DNA of 33,421 bases, from the NCBI RefSeq assembly GCF_001194135.2, contig NC_068983.1, positions 40,025,780 through 40,059,200 on the forward strand, in the 5' to 3' direction. The notes beneath the pieces were generated by a model. That model was not told the DNA's origin and did no database searches. It was given only the letters and a program-made list of their open reading frames with translations. Within the stretch, counting starts at the first letter, position 1. Each line of letters opens with the position of its first letter. Shown here piece after piece: positions 22,139 to 33,159 of the stretch. The stretch is from Octopus bimaculoides (Eukaryota). The translations under genes and the position numbers were made by a program.

Positions 22139-23078
22139 NNNNNNNNNNNNNNNNNNNNNNNNNNNNNNNNNNNNNNNNNNNNNNNNNNNNNNNNNNNNNN
22201 NNNNNNNNNNNNNNNNNNNNNNNNNNNNNNNNNNNNNNNNNNNNNNNNNNNNNNNNNNNNNNNNNNNNNNNNNNNNNNNNNNNNNNNNNNNNNNNNNNNN
22301 NNNNNNNNNNNNNNNNNNNNNNNNNNNNNNNNNNNNNNNNNNNNNNNNNNNNNNNNNNNNNNNNNNNNNNNNNNNNNNNNNNNNNNNNNNNNNNNNNNNN
22401 NNNNNNNNNNNNNNNNNNNNNNNNNNNNNNNNNNNNNNNNNNNNNNNNNNNNNNNNNNNNNNNNNNNNNNNNNNNNNNNNNNNNNNNNNNNNNNNNNNNN
22501 NNNNNNNNNNNNNNNNNNNNNNNNNNNNNNNNNNNNNNNNNNNNNNNNNNNNNNNNNNNNNNNNNNNNNNNNNNNNNNNNNNNNNNNNNNNNNNNNNNNN
22601 NNNNNNNNNNNNNNNNNNNNNNNNNNNNNNNNNNNNNNNNNNNNNNNNNNNNNNNNNNNNNNNNNNNNNNNNNNNNNNNNNNNNNNNNNNNNNNNNNNNN
22701 NNNNNNNNNNNNNNNNNNNNNNNNNNNNNNNNNNNNNNNNNNNNNNNNNNNNNNNNNNNNNNNNNNNNNNNNNNNNNNNNNNNNNNNNNNNNNNNNNNNN
22801 NNNNNNNNNNNNNNNNNNNNNNNNNNNNNNNNNNNNNNNNNNNNNNNNNNNNNNNNNNNNNNNNNNNNNNNNNNNNNNNNNNNNNNNNNNNNNNNNNNNN
22901 NNNNNNNNNNNNNNNNNNNNNNNNNNNNNNNNNNNNNNNNNNNNNNNNNNNNNNNNNNNNNNNNNNNNNNNNNNNNNNNNNNNNNNNNNNNNNNNNNNNN
23001 NNNNNNNNNNNNNNNNNNNNNNNNNNNNNNNNNNNNNNNNNNNNNNNNNNNNNNNNNNNNNNNNNNNNNNNNNNNNNN

Positions 23079-23111
<33 letters not shown>

Positions 23112-23447
23112 CATACATACATACACACACACACATATATATATATATATTTACACAAACATTCATATAATTCAATATCTACATACACCTGTACTTGCTT
23201 GCACACACATACATACAAACACACAAACATATGAATGCATATATGCACCCATACACACACACTCAAACGCACTCACACACACACACACGCACGCACACAC
23301 ACATACACAAACACACACACCTCACTCAACTCCGTAAACCTATCTCCGCTGTTTCTCTGTCAGACTCTGTCTGTCAGTCTGTCTTTCTGTCTGCCTGCCT
23401 GTCCAACTGCCTGTCTGTCAGTCTATTCGGCCCCTCTCTCTCTCTCT

Positions 23448-23487
<40 letters not shown>

Positions 23488-23549
23488 CTCTCTCTCTCGC
23501 TCTGTTTTCCTAAGTACTTTTCAACTACGTCCTACTTACAATTTTGCAG

Positions 23550-23629
23550 TCCGTCTTCCTAAAATACCATCGGTTATCGAGAAGGTCTCTGCGTCTGAAG
23601 AACACGACTACAAGTACAAGACTATTTTG
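23550..23629 (+). CDS. Candidate isolated 80 nt coding exon (phase 1 to 0): RLPKIPSVIEKVSASEEHDYKYKTIL, possibly the start of a Rab26/Rab37-like GTPase domain
   Basis: Acceptor ATTTTGCAG, donor TTG|GTAAGG, open frame, non-repetitive composition. DYKYKTIL resembles the strand before the Rab P-loop (from memory). No adjoining exon found, and a competing minus-strand interpretation exists. Confidence 0.3.
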
Positions 23630-25279
23630 GTAAGGGTGGTGGGAGGAGGAAGACTTATCGTACTTGATTAATTCCGATTCCACTTGATATTATACGGATA
23701 TTTGGTCTCGGAAACATCAACCGTCGAACAAAATACGCAAATCCTCAGGTGTTTGTTGTCCACACGCTCTGCTCTGCTCCGGTTCGCTTCTATCCTGTCC
23801 TCTCCACGAACACTGATGATACCGCGTCCTCCATATATACCAATANNNNNNNNNNNNNNNNNNNNNNNNNNNNNNNNNNNNNNNNNNNNNNNNNNNNNNN
23901 NNNNNNNNNNNNNNNNNNNNNNNNNNNNNNNNNNNNNNNNNNNNNNNNNNNNNNNNNNNNNNNNNNNNNNNNNNNNNNNNNNNNNNNNNNNNNNNNNNNN
24001 NNNNNNNNNNNNNNNNNNNNNNNNNNNNNNNNNNNNNNNNNNNNNNNNNNNNNNNNNNNNNNNNNNNNNNNNNNNNNNNNNNNNNNNNNNNNNNNNNNNN
24101 NNNNNNNNNNNNNNNNNNNNNNNNNNNNNNNNNNNNNNNNNNNNNNNNNNNNNNNNNNNNNNNNNNNNNNNNNNNNNNNNNNNNNNNNNNNNNNNNNNNN
24201 NNNNNNNNNNNNNNNNNNNNNNNNNNNNNNNNNNNNNNNNNNNNNNNNNNNNNNNNNNNNNNNNNNNNNNNNNNNNNNNNNNNNNNNNNNNNNNNNNNNN
24301 NNNNNNNNNNNNNNNNNNNNNNNNNNNNNNNNNNNNNNNNNNNNNNNNNNNNNNNNNNNNNNNNNNNNNNNNNNNNNNNNNNNNNNNNNNNNNNNNNNNN
24401 NNNNNNNNNNNNNNNNNNNNNNNNNNNNNNNNNNNNNNNNNNNNNNNNNNNNNNNNNNNNNNNNNNNNNNNNNNNNNNNNNNNNNNNNNNNNNNNNNNNN
24501 NNNNNNNNNNNNNNNNNNNNNNNNNNNNNNNNNNNNNNNNNNNNNNNNNNNNNNNNNNNNNNNNNNNNNNNNNNNNATATATATACATATATATACATAT
24601 CTATATACATATATATATATATAAGAAACAAGTTAAAAATAATGGTCATTACATACCATTCCCTTATCAGAACAAACTTGGGTTACAGTTATTTCCTGTT
24701 GTCATTATAGGTATATTACTGATATGTTTACTCAAATGGTCTATTGGTCAACTGAGGCAAATTGAACGCCCTAAGAGAATTAATGCTACTTTCGTCAGAG
24801 CCATTTCTGGAAATAACATGCAGAGCCCTTGAAGAATGGCTATTGCGTGAGGATGGTGGAGAAACATTGGGTTGTTCAAATAGAATAGGGAACATTGGAA
24901 AACAGGTTATAATATAGACCCTAACAAAAGATTACTAGGATTCCTTTACTAATCTAAGTAATATTGTTAGACTGATGTGCCAGCAGAGAGCTTATGAAAT
25001 ATCTTGCCCAGATTGATAATCCCTCATTATATATATATATATATATTAGTCTGCAGATGCCAAACCAGCAGGGGGAAGCTGCTGACCTCCCCTGTTCGAA
25101 GGTTATAAAGGACACAGGTTTCGTGTGCCACATAGCTATCTAGAGGATATGGCTTCTTGGAGCTAATTCACGGCAGCTTTCGTCCTAATTTTGGGACTGC
25201 CATGTTGGCTTGGCGATAACTATTAATTTCCAGTACCGCTGCCGTAGTCTCCTTTAGAGAGACTTAGAAATATTAATAA

Positions 25280-25324
<45 letters not shown>

Positions 25325-25326
<2 letters not shown>

Positions 25327-25460
25327 CGACAGGCCTCTATCAACTTCTGTCTACCAAATTCACTCACAAGTCTTTGATCGACCCGAGACTATAGTAGAAG
25401 ACACTTGTCCGAGACTGAACCCGAAACCATGTGGTTGGGAAGCAAAGTTTTTACTACACA
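25325..25460 (-). mobile_element. SINE family B 5' part
   Basis: Reverse complement of head to microsatellite of family B. Confidence 0.8.
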
Positions 25461-25706
25461 GAAACACACGCACACACACACAAGCACGCGCACACACACA
25501 CACACGTACACTGGGCCACGAATATCATATAAGCATATACAAATATTTGTATGCATTGACATACACACAAACATATACAGACACACACAGTCGCTGAAAT
25601 AGGTATGCGGTTAAGAAGCGAGCTCTACAATCGAGTTGTTTCGTGTTCAAATCCACGGCGCGGCAAATATAGCGCCGTACCAACCAATGTAGTGTGAATG
25701 AATTAA

Positions 25707-25751
<45 letters not shown>

Positions 25752-25759
25752 CATATGTT

Positions 25760-26300
25760 TCCACCAAAGATTGCTCCAGGCCATGTCTAATTTAATAGCA
25801 CCATCTGATATGATTATCTAAATCCTTTTTAAGTCAAGTTTTGTGGTACCATGGTCCATTCGAGTAGGCAGTTCTTGTTGACTGATTTGTGTCCAGGTAT
25901 AGGTAGCTTATCTGGTATTTCTTGAAAAAGTTTAGCCAGCTTTCGTTTAAAGGTGATGGGATCCTTTTCCTTTTTGATCTGTTTCGGGAAAATGTTAAAT
26001 GGGGCAGGACCTGTTCAGGAAAAGAAATTGTGTTGCAGTGTATTTATGTGTTATGATCCTGAATTGGGTTGGGGGCGTATTAACCGTGGTTCTAGCCTTG
26101 GAGGAATTTTGAAGCTAATGTTGAGGCCGTTTGAGCAATGCTGGTGGCATATTCTCCACATCAAGCAATTTATGTATCGCTCACGGTGGCGCTGGAGAGA
26201 ATAGAGTTTCAATGCTTTAAGGTGGTCCCAATAATCAAGATCAGTCATGCCCTTAATTCTTTTTTGGTTGAATTTGATGGGTAAGAGTGTTGGCCCAATC
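25760..26300 (-). mobile_element. Decayed CR1/L2-type LINE, ORF2 C-terminus and 3' end
   Basis: RIKGMTDLDYWDHLKALKLYSLQRHRERY..MWRI, LQHNFFS*TGPAPFNIFPKQIK, FKRKLAKLFQEIPD: LxxLxLYSLxRRRER and FNxLP/FKxxLD-like motifs characteristic of CR1/L2-clade ORF2 ends; in-frame stops. Confidence 0.85.
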
Positions 26301-26439
26301 GGATGCGCAAGGAGCCATGTTAGCGTTCTGTGGGTTTGATTTTGACCTGGGTTTGCTCATTATTTTTCAGTCAATTGTTTAGATAAATGTCGCTTTAAAT
26401 CAGAGTATATTTAATATTATGATATATTATCATATAGTC

Positions 26440-26492
<53 letters not shown>

Positions 26493-27138
26493 GTCAACTG
26501 CATATGCATAGTACTATACATCGATAGTAATGCATTAAGAATGGCGAGTATAATTAACTCACAAACCATGTTGAGTATTCTTAATATTTTCCCTACAATT
26601 TGCAATCAATAACTTTCATGAACGTATACACGTAATACATATATGTTTTTGTGTGTAATGTATTTGTATGACTACACACACACATATTTATTGGTGTACA
26701 TATATATGTATTAATGTATTTCAATTTATGTATGTGCATACATATTTTTATATTTATAGTCACCTATATAGATATATCTATATACACACCAACCCACTAC
26801 CACGCACACACACACACACGTGTATTGATCGATTAATTGTTTGATTGATAGATAGATGGATAGCTTGTGACAGACGGTCGGAATAGCACCACATAGGTAG
26901 GCATTAGTGTCTGGCTGGAATTCTGCGAGGAACTCCTCAAAGGGAAACATACATGCATCGAAACATACCTACGCTCATACATGCATACGCGTGTGCATCT
27001 ATGCATTCATACTTATATACATGCACACACGCACGCGCGCATACAGAAATATATATACACACACGTACATGTACATATATAAACATTGATGAATACTTTC
27101 ACAGACATACATACATTTGTACACATGCACATACACAC

Positions 27139-27169
<31 letters not shown>

Positions 27170-28384
27170 TGTATATATATATATATATATATATANNNNN
27201 NNNNNNNNNNNNNNNNNNNNNNNNNNNNNNNNNNNNNNNNNNNNNNNNNNNNNNNNNNNNNNNNNNNNNNNNNNNNNNNNNNNNNNNNNNNNNNNNNNNN
27301 NNNNNNNNNNNNNNNNNNNNNNNNNNNNNNNNNNNNNNNNNNNNNNNNNNNNNNNNNNNNNNNNNNNNNNNNNNNNNNNNNNNNNNNNNNNNNNNNNNNN
27401 NNNNNNNNNNNNNNNNNNNNNNNNNNNNNNNNNNNNNNNNNNNNNNNNNNNNNNNNNNNNNNNNNNNNNNNNNNNNNNNNNNNNNNNNNNNNNNNNNNNN
27501 NNNNNNNNNNNNNNNNNNNNNNNNNNNNNNNNNNNNNNNNNNNNNNNNNNNNNNNNNNNNNNNNNNNNNNNNNNNNNNNNNNNNNNNNNNNNNNNNNNNN
27601 NNNNNNNNNNNNNNNNNNNNNNNNNNNNNNNNNNNNNNNNNNNNNNNNNNNNNNNNNNNNNNNNNNNNNNNNNNNNNNNNNNNNNNNNNNNNNNNNNNNN
27701 NNNNNNNNNNNNNNNNNNNNNNNNNNNNNNNNNNNNNNNNNNNNNNNNNNNNNNNNNNNNNNNNNNNNNNNNNNNNNNNNNNNNNNNNNNNNNNNNNNNN
27801 NNNNNNNNNNNNNNNNNNNNNNNNNNNNNNNNNNNNNNNNNNNNNNNATATATATATATATATATATATATATAAACATATATATATATATATGCACTTA
27901 TGTTTGACGGTATATTTGTATATATATATATATATATGTAGCGTCATACATAATTGTATAAATACATTCTTGGATGTACGCGTCCTTATAGACATGCATA
28001 CATGCATATATATATAGACATATATACATACATAGATACATGCATTCAATTATGCGTACACATGAAGCTGTCCGGATATGTCATCTCGATAATGTGAGAT
28101 GACATCACATGATGTCGTACCCAAAACATTAAACAACGCAATGTATAGAAAGGATAATTCTTTCGATAAAAGAAAAAGACATTAGATGTTACGATGATGT
28201 GGTGAGCATATTCAGATACAATATACATGAGTATTGGTGGAGTATTCTTGTCCAAACCTCAGTCAGATATAGATGTAATTGACCAGATATAGTGGTTTAA
28301 GATTGGGGAAGGAAATGAGATCTTCAGAGATGTGAAAATCTGTTGCTCAGCAGTTTTTTTTTTCCTTTTATTTGTTCGGTCACG

Positions 28385-28526
28385 ACCCTGACGCCATGCT
28401 GGAGCATCGCCTTGAAGAATTTTTAGTCGGACGAAACAACCCTAGTACTTGTTTTCATTTTAATGCGTGGTACTTATTTTATCGTTCCTTTTTACCGAAC
28501 CGCTAATTTACGGGGACCTAAACACA
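28385..28526 (-). mobile_element. SINE family B 3' part
   Basis: CCATGCTGGAGCA..CGAACCGCTAA.TTACGGGGAC is the reverse complement of the family B 3' half. Confidence 0.8.
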
Positions 28527-28645
28527 ACATAGACGGTTCTTCTTCTTCTTCTTCTTCTTCTTCTTCTTCTTCTTCTTCTTCTTCTTCTTCTTCTTCTTCT
28601 TCTTCTTCTTCTTCTTCTTCTTCTTCTTCTTCTTCTTCTTCTTCC

Positions 28646-28696
<51 letters not shown>

Positions 28697-28748
28697 TATT
28701 ATTATTATTGTTATTATTATTATTAGGATTATTATTATTATTACTATT
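28527..28748. repeat. (TTC)n(CAT)n(TAT)n compound microsatellite
   Basis: Seen directly. Confidence 0.95.
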
Positions 28749-28749
28749 G

Positions 28750-29212
28750 AAGGAAAGCGTAATGCTTGGTGTCAAAGTGACACTGGGGTACAAATATACG
28801 AAGCCCAATATACTTATCATGACTACCCGTCTGATAATGGTACACCAGGTGCATGCATCACAACCATATGTGCGCGACATAGTGATCTCATATCAAGATA
28901 AACAGCGCATAACCTTGCAGGTGGGGCTCAGTTAGAATTTTCTTCAGGTCGAGTAGCCCATCCCGCTCAAAACGTCACTGAATAAGGTTTGTTTAAACAT
29001 GATGAACGAAACACTCATGTTTCCAGGGATGAATTATTCAGACCCCACAAAATTCCTCTCAACACATGGCTATGATGCTCCCCCACTACTCCTACTCGAG
29101 GTCAGAGATGCACATATCGTCAACCGCTAAGGGACATCCTCAACTGGTTAAGGTCAAACAACTGACAAGCAAATCTGTGAGATTGAGCAGAATATCTTTT
29201 TTACCAAGACAC
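28750..29212 (-). mobile_element. Family D retroposon, copy 2, with (TAA)n tail
   Basis: Colinear with 2065-2541. Confidence 0.8.
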
Positions 29213-29445
29213 AGATTAAACTGTTGGAAAAGATGAATTACTAACAACGGGCTACAACAAGTAACCTTAGATGCCAAGAACCTCCCTAAGTATCCTAGCA
29301 GTTCCCAAATAACACTGTATTCAGGAGTTGTACTAAATTAGGTTTTATGCTTATTTCCTCTATCCATCTGTTCAAATCTTTAGAAATATTTCCTAATGCA
29401 CCTATAACTACAAGGAAACATTTTACCCGTACTTTCTATAGCCTC
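29213..29445 (-). mobile_element. R4/Dong-type LINE 3' fragment, third subfamily
   Basis: Minus strand VVIGALGNISKDLNRWIEEISIKPNLVQLLNTVLF then (frameshift) GTARILREVLGI*; (TAA)n at ~29448-29530 on its 5' side. Confidence 0.8.
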
Positions 29446-29472
29446 TGTTATTATTATTATTATTATTATTAC

Positions 29473-29531
<59 letters not shown>

Positions 29532-30194
29532 GTAAGTTTGTAATATATAATAAAATGCTAGCAAGAAGGATTGAAAAATGAATTTGAGAATGAAGAGGAA
29601 AAGAACGAGAGATAAAATAGACAGAAAGGGAGAAAGAAAGAGAGAGAGAAAGAAAGAGAGAGAGAGAGACCGAGAAAGACAGAGAGAAGTGTAGAATGTG
29701 GATTAGAAACAGTGAGAAGCAGACTAAGAGCAATAATGTTTATATCGACATGCAATATCTTACAGGCTACAATTTTCAATAGCATTTTATGTTTCATAAT
29801 ATGTCACAAGTTGCTATTAAAGATCATGTTTAGATTGCGCAATATCACACATGTTTTATACGACGATATTTACAATTCACATTATGATGCAGGTTGTAAT
29901 ATGCAATATTACATTTCATAATATGATAGAAATTGTTGTATTTTAGCGCGTTATTCACATCATTTCATAATTCGGTAGAGTTTCGTTTTACAGCAATATA
30001 TACAGTTTACACAGTTTTATAGAACACAATTTACAGCAGTAGTTTACATTGCTTCATCGCATAGTACACAATATTGTAGTTTACAATAATATTTACCACA
30101 CATAACACGGGAGAAGTTTGTACAATAGTAAACGATATTGTGGTGCAATTGTGAGAAATAGAGCATTGTACGACATAGAACTAAAAAGTGTAGT

Positions 30195-30302
30195 TCTTTT
30201 ATCGTCTGTCTTTCACTTGTTTCAATCATTGGATTGCAGCCATGCTAGAGCATCTCTTTGAAGAGTTTAGTCGAACAAACCGTATTTAATACTTATTCTA
30301 TC
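30195..30302 (-). mobile_element. SINE family B 3' end
   Basis: CTTGTTTCAATCATTGGATTGCAGCCATGCT..ACTTATTCTATC is the reverse complement of the family B 3' end. Confidence 0.7.
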
Positions 30303-30303
30303 G

Positions 30304-30671
30304 AGGGCGGTGAGCTGGCAGAAACGTTAGCACGCCGGGCGAAATGCTTAGCGGTATTTCGTCTGCCGCTACGTTCTGTGTTCAAAGTCCGACATTGCTT
30401 TCATCTTTTCGGAGTCGATTAAATAAGTACCAGTTACACACTGGGGTCGATATAATCGACTTAATCCGTTTGCCTGTCCTTGTTTGTCCCTTCTGTGTGT
30501 AGCCCCTTATGGGCAGTAAAGAAATAAGAAACGTTAGCACGCGTTCTGAGTTCAAATTCCGCCGAGGTCGACTTTGCCTTTCATCCTTTCGGGGTCGATA
30601 AATTAAGTACCAGTTACGCACTGGGGTCGATAAAATCGACTTAATCCATTTGTCTGTCCTTGTTTGTCCCC
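30304..30671 (+). mobile_element. Head-to-tail dimer of SINE family A (tail type 1), running into a gap
   Basis: Full copy to ~30530, then GAAACGTTAGCACGC fused to GTTCTGAGTTCAAATTCC and a second core and tail. Confidence 0.9.
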
Positions 30672-31065
30672 NNNNNNNNNNNNNNNNNNNNNNNNNNNNN
30701 NNNNNNNNNNNNNNNNNNNNNNNNNNNNNNNNNNNNNNNNNNNNNNNNNNNNNNNNNNNNNNNNNNNNNNNNNNNNNNNNNNNNNNNNNNNNNNNNNNNN
30801 NNNNNNNNNNNNNNNNNNNNNNNNNNNNNNNNNNNNNNNNNNNNNNNNNNNNNNNNNNNNNNNNNNNNNNNNNNNNNNNNNNNNNNNNNNNNNNNNNNNN
30901 NNNNNNNNNNNNNNNNNNNNNNNNNNNNNNNNNNNNNNNNNNNNNNNNNNNNNNNNNNNNNNNNNNNNNNNNNNNNNNNNNNNNNNNNNNNNNNNNNNNN
31001 NNNNNNNNNNNNNNNNNNNNNNNNNNNNNNNNNNNNNNNNNNNNNNNNNNNNNNNNNNNNNNNNN

Positions 31066-31145
31066 TATCGGCCGCTTCTACCGAACTTGGGAACTTAAAC
31101 AAGCGAACACCGGATGTCAAGCTGTGGGGCAGAAAGACAAAGATA
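31066..31145 (-). mobile_element. SINE family B middle fragment
   Basis: Reverse complement reads CTTTCTGCCCCACAGCTTGACATCCGGTGTT..GTTCGGTAGAAGCGGCCGATA, matching the family B post-microsatellite segment. Confidence 0.65.
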
Positions 31146-31164
31146 CACATGCATCTCAAGCCCA

Positions 31165-31210
<46 letters not shown>

Positions 31211-31399
31211 TGCACACAAACATAGCGAAATGCACAGAAGTTTACGGAGAGACAGCGAAGGGGAGAGGAAAGAAAGAGAGAGTGGGCGTAATCAGACATG
31301 TCTTAATATTTCATTGCACTAAGGCACTTGCAATACGATTAGAATTATTACATACACAATCTCCACCCTTAATTCATTCACAAAACCTACACCACTAAT

Positions 31400-31635
31400 C
31401 GGGCTAATCGTCGTGGCACTCCGTCGGTTACGACGACGAAGGTTCCAGTTGATCCGATCGATGGAACAGCCTGTACGTGAAATTAACTTGCAAGTGGCTG
31501 AGCACTGTACAGGCTTGTGTACCCTTAACGTAGTTCTCGGAGAGATTCAGCGTGACACAGTGTGTGACAAGGCTGGTCCTTTGAATTACAGGTACAACAG
31601 AAACAGGAAGAAAGAGTGAAAGTTGTGATAAAATA
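31400..31635. mobile_element. Probable interspersed repeat (third SINE-like family)
   Basis: Single copy in this window; CACTCCGTCGGTTACGACGACGA.GGTTCCAGTTGATCCGATC..GGAACAGCCTG recognised from memory as a common octopod repeat; not verifiable here. Confidence 0.45.
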
Positions 31636-32114
31636 GGGCGTATGCTTGTATGTATGTGTATTTCTATGGAAGCATCGTATTTGTATGTGTTCATGCATGT
31701 ATGAGAGAGAGAGAGAGAGACAGACAGAGAAATACAGAGAGAGGCAGACAGACAGACAGACAGACAGCAGACAAACAGACAGAGTATGTATGCTTATATG
31801 AGAGCACATATGCGGGTATGCGTGATTGCACACACCTCTGTATGCTTACATATATGTATGCATGTGTGTGCACCTATGTAAGCACGCATATGTGCATGTA
31901 TGTTTGTGTATAAAAGAGAGATGGAGAGAAAGAGAGAAAAGGAGAGAGAATGGAGATATATATATATTTATACACATACACACACACACACATGTATTGT
32001 CCGTCTGTTAAATTTGACTACTGCAAAATGTTCTTAGTTGCTGCTACGATATATAGAATCTCAGCATCCTTTTTCAGACCCTGATATCTAGCACCGAGAT
32101 TTGCCTGGTAAGCA

Positions 32115-32181
32115 GTGACCGGACGCTTTCCACTGATGATTCCCAGTAGAAAGAAATCATGGGATATAGGAATTCCGGCAC
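32115..32181 (+). ncRNA. Type I hammerhead ribozyme-like motif, copy A (core intact)
   Basis: Stem I 5' GUG(A)CCGGA-CGCU-UUCCA; CUGAUGA (32133-32139); stem II UUCC-CAGUA-GAAA; GAAA (32153-32156); stem III AUC-AUGG-GAU; A17 (32166, AUA triplet); stem I 3' UAGGAA-U-UCCGGCAC. One mismatch in stem II and one in stem I. Confidence 0.6.
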
Positions 32182-32442
32182 CCATAACAGACGATCCTCG
32201 TTTGCTGTGACCTATGGGTTTGCTTTTATGCACCAAGCGACTAAGTGAGAGGATCTCTCTAGGCTAATGACGCTGTATTCGGTATCCTAACACGATGTCC
32301 ATGTTAAGTTGAATATAAAGATTACTTTTTGGTACTAATACCGCTTATGTCACTGATAATTAATTTTAAATAAGCCTGCTGGTTAATTGCGAGATCAGTA
32401 TCTGAAAAAATACTGATATCAGCGAGATTTGACTGGTATGAT

Positions 32443-32510
32443 GTGACAGGACTCTTCCCGTTGATTATTTCCAGTAGAATGAAATCACTTGATATGGGAA
32501 TTGCGGCGTC
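32443..32510 (+). ncRNA. Type I hammerhead-like motif, copy B (core mutated to UUGAUUA, probably inactive)
   Basis: Stem I UUCCCG/UGGGAA; UUGAUUA (32461-32467); stem II UUUC-CAGUA-GAAU; GAAA (32481-32484); stem III AUC-ACUU-GAU; A17 at 32494. 70/90 nt identical to copy A without gaps. Confidence 0.45.
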
Positions 32511-32579
32511 TCTGACAAATATCATCTGCTACGATTTAGGTGTACCAATATAAGAGAGTTTGTCAGGGCTATTAGCGCA

Positions 32580-32601
32580 TATCTATCTATCTATCTCTCT
32601 C

Positions 32602-32641
<40 letters not shown>

Positions 32642-32642
32642 C
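32580..32642. repeat. (CTAT)n/(CT)n repeat
   Basis: Seen directly. Confidence 0.9.
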
Positions 32643-32649
32643 ACTGACA

Positions 32650-32790
32650 CAGGTGTGGTAGTTCCAGATACAATTCCCCTGCGTGACACCTCGAAAAAGT
32701 GTCTCCTACTGTAGCCCTGTGACGACCAAAGCCTTGTAAGTGTATTTGGTGGAGGAAAACTGAAAGAAGTCTCTCGTATATATTGTATAT
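32650..32790 (+). mobile_element. Degenerate SINE family B 5' part
   Basis: CCCCTGCGTGACACCTCG..AAGTGTCTCCTACTGTAGCC..GACCAAAGCCTTGT..GAAAACTGAAAGAAG..TCGTATATAT. Confidence 0.75.
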
Positions 32791-32818
32791 AGGGTATAAA
32801 TATCTATATAGTACATAT

Positions 32819-32865
<47 letters not shown>

Positions 32866-33159
32866 GAGAGACTATTAGTACCGAGGGGTGACATTTATCG
32901 TGATTTAAACGTGTGTGATATCAGTTCGAATATATTTGTCAGATATTTTAATCACGTAGGAAATCTTTATATTACAGTTTGTCATGGACAAGTATTGTCA
33001 CCGGAGACGGTACAAAGTTTTTCTCTCTCACTCACTGCGTGTCCCATCAACTCATAAATACATATACACACATATACATACATACATGCATCCATCCGTC
33101 TATCCATCGATACATACATACACGCAAACACACATACGTATGCATTTATACGCGCAGGG

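Noticed and set aside
23813-23845. CTGATGA on plus (and another on minus at ~15656-15662)
   Set aside because: No GAAA or helices at the right spacing.
24700-24880. Minus-strand AFNLPQLTNRP, reminiscent of a LINE APE endonuclease segment; plus-strand ORF GILLICLLKWSIG..
   Set aside because: Only a few residues match, the GDFN motif cannot be recovered without several frameshifts, and the plus ORF has no recognisable homology.
25150-25210. Minus-strand GUCC-loop-GGAC-GAAA-GCU..AGCUC, like hammerhead stems II and III
   Set aside because: The preceding 7 nt are CAUGGCA rather than CUGANGA and stem I does not pair.
28081-28116. Two overlapping short hairpins (TCATCTC/GAGATGA, GACATC/GATGTC)
   Set aside because: 6-7 bp stems are expected by chance in 33 kb.
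32018-32525. Two minus-strand ORFs sharing IPISxDFxLLxIIxGKxPVTxYQxNL, faintly like kinase subdomain IX (LLEIISGKRP), read as duplicated exons
   Set aside because: Of 20 differences in 30 codons, 9 are third-position and 11 first or second, only a weak bias. Copy A lacks the AG acceptor seen in B, no donors fit, the frames diverge at an indel, and the plus-strand hammerhead fold explains the conserved positions better. Kept as the alternative to test.
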